From Bacteroidales bacterium (GTDB taxonomy: Bacteria; Bacteroidota; Bacteroidia; Bacteroidales; UBA932), in assembly GCA_015060325.1 (NCBI GenBank), contig SUYQ01000003.1:20528-84527 (forward strand): a DNA stretch of 64,000 nt. Direction: 5' to 3'. The position numbers and the translations under genes were made by a program. The notes under the pieces are model-generated. The model did not search any database. It saw only the letters and a list, made by a program, of their open reading frames with translations, and was not told where the DNA came from. Position 1 is the first letter of the stretch. Each line of letters starts with the position of its first letter. Positions 49,751 through 57,195 of the stretch are shown here, in pieces.

Positions 49751-49766
49751 ACACCACCGGGCCCAT
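49506..49766 (-). pseudogene. Orphan endonuclease fragment with an in-frame internal deletion of the catalytic core
   Basis: SWLELPG joined directly to VSAIGFWFEHK; lacks the 186 codons (equivalent to 52068-52625) that include RGH; C-terminal 58 aa are 51/58 identical to the intact copy. Confidence 0.85.
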
Positions 49767-49803
49767 ATCAGTCTTTATAAAACTAACACAGCATGCTGAT
49801 TAC

Positions 49804-50736
49804 TTAAATTCTTGAGATCAATGCCTCAACCTGCTCAACTGTAAGCATAGTCAGCTTCGCCACTTGCTGCACATCCATTCCAGCTGCAAGCATATTAACA
49901 GCCACTTCTGCACGACCCTCAGCACGACCCTCAGCACGACCTTCTGCACGACCTTCTGCAAGTCCCTTCTCACGACCCTCTGCAAGTCCCTTCTCACGAC
50001 CTTCTTCCAGTCCGGTCTTAATCGCATAGGCAAATTGATTTCTCAAATCTCTTTCTGTTGTCATTTTGCTCAATATTAAAGTTCGTAAATCATCACTGCT
50101 CATTATCAGTTCACCTGTATCGAATATCTTATCAAAGACATCATGAGTCAAAGCTTTGGGACGTCCCTGCAACAGATGCATGTTCTTCAAGCAGAAATAC
50201 ATTCCTTCAAGTATATTGCCATCAAGCTCATCTTCGGTCTTCTTAAACTTTGGCAATTCAAGAAAAATGTATGTCAGTCTATTGGATAAAAGTCTATGGT
50301 GTTCTTGTTCCAACAACCTGTATACGGTTTTGACATTCGTCAGGCCCTCATTCTGTTTGAGGGTAAAATCCAAAATACTGATTACATAAATCGGACAAAA
50401 GTCATAACTGTCCTGTGCAGAATCAACTTGTTTCAGAACCTGATGCATAGAATAGTAGAGCATCCTCTCTGCATACCATTCCTGCTTTCGATTCTGAAGT
50501 TCAACAATAATTCTAGAACCATCATCTGTCTTACAGAACAAATCATAGATTGATGTTTTACGGTCACGAATATTCGGATGCATTTCCTTATCCATAAAAT
50601 CAACATCCACAATCTTCCTGTCATCAATCACCTGATTGAGAAACTCAATCATGACAGTCTTCGTAGACTCCTGTCCAAAAACCAGTTTGAAGGCATCATC
50701 GACCATCAAATCCGGATACTTTACATCTTCATGCAT
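49804..50736 (-). CDS. Rpn-family recombination-promoting nuclease / putative transposase (PDDEXK_2)
   Basis: DDAFKLVFG, IYDLFC.TDDG.RIIVELQN, ERMLYY, FLELPKF; C-terminal EGREKG/EGRAEG repeats; AVNML helix. Confidence 0.92.
   Translation of the reverse strand: MHEDVKYPDLMVDDAFKLVFGQESTKTVMIEFLNQVIDDRKIVDVDFMDKEMHPNIRDRKTSIYDLFCKTDDGSRIIVELQNRKQEWYAERMLYYSMHQVLKQVDSAQDSYDFCPIYVISILDFTLKQNEGLTNVKTVYRLLEQEHHRLLSNRLTYIFLELPKFKKTEDELDGNILEGMYFCLKNMHLLQGRPKALTHDVFDKIFDTGELIMSSDDLRTLILSKMTTERDLRNQFAYAIKTGLEEGREKGLAEGREKGLAEGRAEGRAEGRAEGRAEVAVNMLAAGMDVQQVAKLTMLTVEQVEALISRI
49906..50007 (-). repeat. 12/24-bp coding repeats in the Rpn C-terminus
   Basis: EGREKGLA x2, EGRA x4. Confidence 0.9.
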
Positions 50737-50947
50737 AAATTTTAATTTTAGATTAAACACTCCCAATACGGGCTAATAAAAATTTATGCATCCTCCCCTC
50801 AACGATTCCCCACAAATGTGCAAAAAAATCCGCACCAAGTCAACACACTGATACAGATTTTTCTTTTTATTTAACAAACTTTTTCTAAATCTTTAAATTT
50901 TTTCTTTTTTTTAATCTCCTCTGTGGTCTTCATTCCGGGTCACGTTG

Positions 50948-51074
50948 GTGAACATTTCGGGTGGCAGGGAGGGCAGCAGCAAAGTGCGAGGAGAGCCCTT
51001 CAAGGGTAGGGCTCCCCGCAGCGCTTGAGCTGTAGTCGTCGGAGACCGTATATTCCGACGACGGTGCCGTGCAT
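50948..51074 (+). ncRNA. Repeated structured element, copy 2
   Basis: See copy 1; differences are concentrated in the 5' flank and loops. Confidence 0.45.
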
Positions 51075-51148
51075 GTGTTCAGGGACTCTAGGATACGCAA
51101 ATACAACTATTGAACAAGACGACAGATAAGACAGCAGGCAAGATAATG

Positions 51149-51764
51149 GACATGTAAGTAGCTGATGATCAGCAAGATGAGTATTATGAGGGTGGGGCAA
51201 AATGACCCACCGTGTTGGTAGTTAGATAGTTGATAATCAGGAGGTTGCATGACCAAGAGAAGGCATTGAGTTCAACGATAATTTCGGTTGATTGGCTTTC
51301 CCGTCCATGAAAACGGGCAATTTCGTGGACGGGATACATCAAATTGATGGCCCCATCCATGAAAAGGACTGTTTTTGTGGATGGCGAAGTTCTGTTTAAA
51401 GTTCACGTCTATAGAAAGGGTCTATTTTGTGGAGAGAAAGACAGGACATTAGACATGTAGGTAGCTGATAGTCAGCAAGATGAGTACCGAGAGGATGGGG
51501 CAAAATGACCCACCGCATTGGTAGTTAGATAGTTGATAATCAGGAGGTTGCATGACCAAGAAAGGCATTGAGTTCAACGATAATTTCGGTTGATTGAACT
51601 GCGCCCCATCCATGAAAAGGGCTGTTTTTGTGGATGGCGCAGTTCTGTTTAAAGGTCACGCCTATAGAAAGGGTCTATTTTGTAGAGAGAAAGACAGGAT
51701 ATTAGACATGTAGGTAGCTGATAGTCAGCAAGATGAGTACCGAGAGGGTGGGGCAAAATGACCC
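51149..51764 (+). repeat. Non-coding tandem repeat: units of 303 and 253 bp plus a 60-bp partial, each with several hairpins
   Basis: GACATGTA(A/G)GTAGCTGAT starts at 51149, 51452 and 51705. Confidence 0.95.
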
Positions 51765-51806
51765 TCGGCCAGTTATATTGCGCAACCGATGAGACATTCA
51801 ATATGA

Positions 51807-51865
51807 AAGAAGCTGACAGCAAGGGAGGTTAACCTTGTAGGTTAAATCCTTGTTGTCAGCTTCTT
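51807..51865. terminator. Long hairpin downstream of the nuclease ORF (second copy near 49374-49416)
   Basis: AAGAAGCTGACAGCAAGG ... CCTTGTTGTCAGCTTCTT. Confidence 0.75.
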
Positions 51866-51887
51866 GTTTTTTGCAGAACGTTATGTT

Positions 51888-53006
51888 CTAAAAAGACTGG
51901 AATGTCGACCATTCAGCGTTGCTTTCAGCTTCTGCCTCAACAGTATCCGGAAGATTCACGAAGAAGTCAAATCCGGTCCAGGACTCGATCTTGTCTACAG
52001 AGACAGCATAGTTCGTGTAGGAGTCCGAGTAGGTCTTATGCTCGAACCAGAAACCTATAGCACTTGCGCCTGTTACCGTGCTGCCGGACTTATTGACCTT
52101 CAGGACGACCTTGTAGAAGTAGTTCGGAACCGGAACGCTCTTGGTGTCATCCTGGGCAGTCGTGTATGTTATCGACTTCGACTCCCCGACCTTATTGAAG
52201 GCCACACCGGTCACGATGTAGATCTCTTCGCTCTTCGCAATCGACTGGAGAGCGGCTTCAAGGTTCTGCCATACTCCTCCGTTGAAGTTGTTCTGGATCT
52301 GCGGAACAGAGTTGGTCACATAGAAGGTCTGCAGCTGCATCGTCTCGTTGCCGTTACGGGATGCATTCGGAATCATATGACCGCGCGAGTAGCTGTCATT
52401 GTAGCTGCTCGAACGCAGATCCACCTGATAGGACTGATCGATGCTCGGGCTGTAACTCCACTTGCTCGGGCGGCTCAGACTGCCCATATGGGACGAGTTC
52501 AGATGATATGCCGTCCACAACGAAGTGTAGGTCGACTTATCATAACAATGGGTGTAGTTGCGGTTGGCGTCAGTGGTCGAAGATCCATAATAGGTATTAA
52601 CGACGTAATCAGTTCCGCTCACCGCTCCCGGCAGCTCAAGCCAGGACTTTCCTGACACGGCAGGCACCTGTGCAGCGACAGTCTTGAATGACGTCACAGA
52701 GCCCGTGAAGGTCTGACCGCCAACCACAACATAAGACTGGACATAATATGTCGTGCCGGCAGACAGTCCCTCAACATCTGCACTGAATGAAGATGCCGTA
52801 CCGCTGTAATTGTCACATGTAATCGTTTTTGTCAAAGACGAGGAAGAAGTTCCATATCGGAATCCCACCTCCGTGGGCTCAGAAGACGCTTCCGTATACG
52901 AAGCAGACAGGCTGGCGCCTGTCTGCTCTATGTTCGTCACGGTAGTCGTCGTTACTGTTGCACCCACTGCGGGCTCATCACCCCCGACGCCTCCGCCGGA
53001 TGATGG
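51888..53006 (-). CDS. Fn3-like plus DNA/RNA non-specific endonuclease (His-Me finger) module; no signal peptide; in frame behind the upstream UGA
   Basis: SRGHMIPNA, FYVTNSVPQ..FNGGVWQNLE, YIVTG, VPNYFYKV. The frame is open from 53006 (PSSGGGVGGDEP linker); first possible own start is GTG at 52967. Confidence 0.88.
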   Translation of the reverse strand, partial: PSSGGGVGGDEPAVGATVTTTTVTNIEQTGASLSASYTEASSEPTEVGFRYGTSSSSLTKTITCDNYSGTASSFSADVEGLSAGTTYYVQSYVVVGGQTFTGSVTSFKTVAAQVPAVSGKSWLELPGAVSGTDYVVNTYYGSSTTDANRNYTHCYDKSTYTSLWTAYHLNSSHMGSLSRPSKWSYSPSIDQSYQVDLRSSSYNDSYSRGHMIPNASRNGNETMQLQTFYVTNSVPQIQNNFNGGVWQNLEAALQSIAKSEEIYIVTGVAFNKVGESKSITYTTAQDDTKSVPVPNYFYKVVLKVNKSGSTVTGASAIGFWFEHKTYSDSYTNYAVSVDKIESWTGFDFFVNLPDTVEAEAESNAEWSTFQSF

Positions 53007-55721
53007 TCACTGAAGTTTATAGATTGCAATATCTAACTGACCACTTGAATAGCAAGAGAAAATACGGCTTGAGCTATTATATCTCATCCAATTTCTTGTA
53101 TTGGTTCCATTTGCTTTAACAGTGGCAACACCTGCTGACGTAATTGATATAGTCCAAGAACTATTTGCAGACAATGTAGTTTCTGTTCTCAGATAGTTTT
53201 TAGAAGATGACGCAGCGTAAAGGTAACCAGAACCAGTATTAAAAGCATATGTTCCTGTAGTCTTACCAGTTTCAAGAGTCAATATCTGTACGTCACTGCC
53301 GAAAGTAATAGTATTACCACTCTTAGATACAGATGCTTGACCTCTGTTATTGCTATTCTGTGTAGTACTCAATGCATTATTTGAAGCACTTGCAACAATT
53401 ACCACCTGATCTCCAACAGCAAGGTTATTCACATCTGTAACTAAAGTCCAAGTTTTATCTGTCTCAACTACGTCAGATACGGTGATTTGATAAGTCGTTG
53501 TCTTGTCCTCATAGCTGACTGTTACGGTATATGTGTCAGCAACAGACATATTATAACCGTCAAAAGTAGCTGATGCAGTCACATCTTCTTTCGAGCCATC
53601 TGAATATGTTGCTGTAACAGTTGGCTTTACAAACTCCTCACCTACAGTGTATGTTGTCTTTTCACCTGATACAGCTATTGATTCCAAAGTTGCAGGTGCT
53701 TCTTCTCCCTCAACGGCTTTAATCAGATACAGATCCTGTGCCTGGGTACCAGCGTACATCGCAAAATAGTCATTACCTTGAGTACCATTAAGGCTTAAAT
53801 AACGATCTCCAGACACAAAGTTAAACGAGCCATCATCTTGTTTTGTAACAGTAAACTGTAAACCTGTCTCAGACATTACTGCTGAATTACCAGACGTCCA
53901 AGATACATACTCTTCTGATGCTACAGACTGAATTGTATATACTGATCCAGACTTAGAAACATTCCACAGTTTAGACGCAGCGACCTCTACATTATCTTCC
54001 GGCATATTTGCTCCTGCTGATACTGCTGTAAGTCTAACTGTTGAGGTACTTGTTTCTTCATTAGTCAAATAATAGTATAGAGACTCTGAGTTTCTATATG
54101 CCACAATCGCATACTGTCCAGAGTAGTCAGAATCATCAACCACCGTCGCCGAAACAGTTATATTGTAGGATGTAGTCACAGTCACTTCACCCTCAGTATA
54201 GGAAACTGTAACTTCCTTGGTTCCTTCCGACGCCAAATCATTGCCACTAAATGTAGCACCTGTTACTGTTTCAGTGCTTGCATCATCATAAGTAGCCTTA
54301 ACTGTCGGTTCAACAAACTCATCACCTACGGTATATTCGATCTGCGGATTCTCCACAGCAATCGACACCAAAGTTTTAGGTTCTGGCTCTGGAGTCTCGC
54401 CACCCTCGTTTTCGGTATAGTAAACAACAACAGAAGTAAATCCGCATGTACCTCCAATAGTGGCAGTCATCGGCTGAGTTCCGTTCGTTGGAGTAACAGT
54501 TACAGTAGTAGTATTCACTTCAGCTGAAGCATTTGTCCAAGAACTACCCGAAAGAGCAGTTGCATAGTTTGCTGATGTTGCAGTAAAGACAACAGATGTA
54601 ATCTTGTATCCAGTCTTAGAAGCAATGGTCAAGACACTATTTTTGTAGAACCTTGTACTAGTCCTGCTGTCGCTATTACCACCATAATAATTGTTTGTTG
54701 GAGTTGATGCACCACCCTTTTCACAATACATCTCAGCGAAATCACTTGTCCAAGCGATCTTAGTATCAGACACTTCCGATGTCTCATTTATTGACAAATT
54801 CCATGTTACATTTTCTGGTTCTGGTTCTACTACATCAGCCGAAGAAATTGTATATGGAGTAGTGTTATACTTTCCTGCCTCGAATGATATTCCGTTCAAT
54901 GTAACAGTCTTTGTGTAAGTCTTGCCCTCTGCGTCGGTAACCTTGAATGTCACATCTCCCGAGTAATTTGAGAGAGGAGCCATTACAAAGTAAACTGGAA
55001 GAGATTCGCCAGCTGCAACTGTACCATTTGTTACATTTACAGTGATAGCTGATGACTCATTTTGCTTTATAGATATAGATGGTGTTTCGAAAGACTCCAC
55101 ATTAAACACACCCGCGATATCAGCACCTTCAGCTGTCATCTCAAACTTTGCAACCTCAATTTCAGCACCTGTATTATTCTTTACATCTACCTGCATCATT
55201 GTATAGATGTGCGACATCGTTACCTGAGCAGCCTCGGTCATAGGAGTAGTGGCAGTAAAGGTACCTACGAGTGCATCATTTTCCTTGATATGAGCAGTAG
55301 GATTTGCGCAATCCTGTGACTGAGTTGCCTCAAGTTTATGCGTTGTTGATGCTCCACGATGATATGACTTCTGGTTAGCTCTAGCATACATAGCATTAAA
55401 TGTATACTCGCCATCAGATATTGTGGATCCTGTCGTAAACTTTCCATCATTGTATGCATACTCTGCTATTGTAGCAGCCTCTGTATCATTTGCATACGGT
55501 GCCCCCCAAGTACCGTCTGTCGTAACTAGATAGAGTACATCTCCTTCCTCCCACTCAACTGAAAGGCCATCTAGAGTTGTCTTTGTCTGTGCAATCTCTG
55601 CTACAAGTTCAAATGAAGAACCTTCTGCTTTGGCATTTGGGTCTTCGATTTCATTTTTCTGGCATCCTGCAAAATTAACCATAGCAGCAGCCATACCTAA
55701 CAAAAGAACTATTTTTTTCAT
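53007..55721 (-). CDS. Fimbrillin-like (type V pilin, Mfa-like) lipoprotein with two Big_3-type Ig domains and beta-rich C-terminal modules
   Basis: Lipobox FAGC; QTKTTL..VEWEEGDV pilin N-terminus; two repeats of SIAV..YTVG.EF..PTV.ATY.D..VTVSY; AT-rich sequence. Confidence 0.78.
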   Translation of the reverse strand: MKKIVLLLGMAAAMVNFAGCQKNEIEDPNAKAEGSSFELVAEIAQTKTTLDGLSVEWEEGDVLYLVTTDGTWGAPYANDTEAATIAEYAYNDGKFTTGSTISDGEYTFNAMYARANQKSYHRGASTTHKLEATQSQDCANPTAHIKENDALVGTFTATTPMTEAAQVTMSHIYTMMQVDVKNNTGAEIEVAKFEMTAEGADIAGVFNVESFETPSISIKQNESSAITVNVTNGTVAAGESLPVYFVMAPLSNYSGDVTFKVTDAEGKTYTKTVTLNGISFEAGKYNTTPYTISSADVVEPEPENVTWNLSINETSEVSDTKIAWTSDFAEMYCEKGGASTPTNNYYGGNSDSRTSTRFYKNSVLTIASKTGYKITSVVFTATSANYATALSGSSWTNASAEVNTTTVTVTPTNGTQPMTATIGGTCGFTSVVVYYTENEGGETPEPEPKTLVSIAVENPQIEYTVGDEFVEPTVKATYDDASTETVTGATFSGNDLASEGTKEVTVSYTEGEVTVTTSYNITVSATVVDDSDYSGQYAIVAYRNSESLYYYLTNEETSTSTVRLTAVSAGANMPEDNVEVAASKLWNVSKSGSVYTIQSVASEEYVSWTSGNSAVMSETGLQFTVTKQDDGSFNFVSGDRYLSLNGTQGNDYFAMYAGTQAQDLYLIKAVEGEEAPATLESIAVSGEKTTYTVGEEFVKPTVTATYSDGSKEDVTASATFDGYNMSVADTYTVTVSYEDKTTTYQITVSDVVETDKTWTLVTDVNNLAVGDQVVIVASASNNALSTTQNSNNRGQASVSKSGNTITFGSDVQILTLETGKTTGTYAFNTGSGYLYAASSSKNYLRTETTLSANSSWTISITSAGVATVKANGTNTRNWMRYNSSSRIFSCYSSGQLDIAIYKLQ

Positions 55722-55753
55722 CTTTACTTTCCTTTTAGTTGTTTGACTTACTA

Positions 55754-55909
55754 CTATTCGAACCAGTTATTGTTACCGGTTTCCCAATCTTGTGCATCGA
55801 AATCTCCCGATGCACACAGCACTCCTTCGCTCAAAACTTCGAGCGTTTTTACGGAAGGGGTTTCGTATGCTGAAACCTCTCCCATGAATTGTTTCCTTTC
55901 TAGGGTCAT
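55754..55909 (-). CDS. 51-aa small protein, MTLERKQFMGEVSAYETPSVKTLEVLSEGVLCASGDFDAQDWETGNNNWFE
   Basis: Manual translation; ends TAG-TAG-TAA; lies between the TAAATTTG box (55991-55998) and the fimbrillin gene. Confidence 0.75.
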   Translation of the reverse strand: MTLERKQFMGEVSAYETPSVKTLEVLSEGVLCASGDFDAQDWETGNNNWFE

Positions 55910-55990
55910 AATTAATTGATATTTAGTTTGTTAATATTTTCTACACACATTCCACGCGCGCATCGCATGCACAACGCGCACATTAAGCGG

Positions 55991-55998
55991 CAAATTTA
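55991..55998 (-). promoter_or_regulatory. -7 box of the sORF-fimbrillin-nuclease unit
   Basis: TAAATTTGC on minus. Confidence 0.65.
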
Positions 55999-56084
55999 GA
56001 CTATAAATTCCTGATAATCAAGAAAAATCTCCGATAGTTGAAAAACTTTCGGAGATGTCACATAATATGGCACATAGACCGGTA

Positions 56085-57071
56085 TTATTCTGCAAGATAT
56101 TTTTTAAACGAAATCCAGTCGGACGCAGTCTCAGAAACCGTCTCTATCGGGTCAGGCAGACCGGCAAAAAGATCGAGTCCAGTGAGCTTTTCAATATCGT
56201 CGACGGTGACCGTGAATTCAGAATACGAATGTCCCTTGAGGTCTTCGTGTGGGAGAAGAAATCCTATGGTCCTGGCCTCAACCACCCCATCACTTCCCCG
56301 CTCAACCTTAAGCAGAGCCTTCCAATAGCTTTCGGGCACAGGAAGAGTCTTGGAGTCGTTCTTATTGACTATGGTCCTGACGGCACTGAGCTCATCACCC
56401 TGAGAGAAAATGGCTCCCGTCACGACATAGAGCGTATCTTCCGGAGGCACTGCTGAGCGCACCGCTTCCTCCAGTTTAGCCCATATCCCTCCGTTGAATC
56501 CATGCTGGATCTGAGGAGTCATGTTTGTCGAAAAATAGGTCTGAGCCTGCATTTCAGGGACTGCACTGCGGTCTGCATTCGGGATCTGGTGGCCTCGGGC
56601 ATAGAAGTTCTTCGGGTAGTTTGCAGTCGGGACAGATACGCCATAGCCGCTGCGTACATTGGTCTGGATGACCCTGGAAAGCTGCGGATCATACCCCCAG
56701 GTCTCCTCACGTCCCTTGGATGTGTGCGCGCTGCAGAGAGGATATGCCACCCAATGGGCCGCATACAGGTCCTGGTCGTAACAGAGGGTGTAGTTGCGCT
56801 GGAGCGTTCCATTCATATGCGCTCTATGGGTCACGATATGACATCCCTCCATATCCCCCTTTCCCTGAGGCAGTTCCAGCCAGTCAGGAGTTCCGGGGCC
56901 AGCAGATGACGCCATAGCCTTGCGAGCCTTTCCGGCTCCGTCGTCAGACGGACCGTTCCCGGCATCCTGGGCAGAAGCCGATTGTGACTTGCTGCCAAAT
57001 ACGACAAAAAGCAGCAACACCAGGCTCAGGCCTAGTATCACTGCTATAGTTATTCTGGTACTTTTCTTCAT
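56085..57071 (-). CDS. Membrane-anchored DNA/RNA non-specific endonuclease
   Basis: N-terminal TM helix; NYTLCYD..AAHWVAY, YARGHQIPNAD, YFSTNMTPQ..FNGGIWAKLE. Confidence 0.93.
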   Translation of the reverse strand: MKKSTRITIAVILGLSLVLLLFVVFGSKSQSASAQDAGNGPSDDGAGKARKAMASSAGPGTPDWLELPQGKGDMEGCHIVTHRAHMNGTLQRNYTLCYDQDLYAAHWVAYPLCSAHTSKGREETWGYDPQLSRVIQTNVRSGYGVSVPTANYPKNFYARGHQIPNADRSAVPEMQAQTYFSTNMTPQIQHGFNGGIWAKLEEAVRSAVPPEDTLYVVTGAIFSQGDELSAVRTIVNKNDSKTLPVPESYWKALLKVERGSDGVVEARTIGFLLPHEDLKGHSYSEFTVTVDDIEKLTGLDLFAGLPDPIETVSETASDWISFKKYLAE

Positions 57072-57094
57072 ATCAATTTACGAGGCAGGGGTAA

Positions 57095-57195
57095 AGATCC
57101 TTCGCTTCGCTCAGGATGACAGTGAGGGGCTCAGGATGACAGTGAGGGGCTCAGGATGGCAGAGAGGGGGCTCAGGATGACAGTGAGGGGCTAAG
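57095..57195 (+). repeat. REP-like AGATCCTTCGCTTCGCTCAGGATGACA plus 20-bp tandem half-copies
   Basis: GCTCAGGATG(A/G)CAG(T/A)GAGGG at 57109, 57129, 57149 and 57170. Confidence 0.92.

Noticed and set aside
49804-50736. Classical IS element
   Set aside because: No DDE or HUH motifs; no terminal IRs tight to the ORF and no target-site duplication identified. The PDDEXK_2 'transposase' label is not demonstrated transposition.
53007-53009. Selenocysteine codon
   Set aside because: The position is a linker with no redox motif; the downstream hairpin does not resemble a canonical bacterial SECIS; no sel genes in the window.
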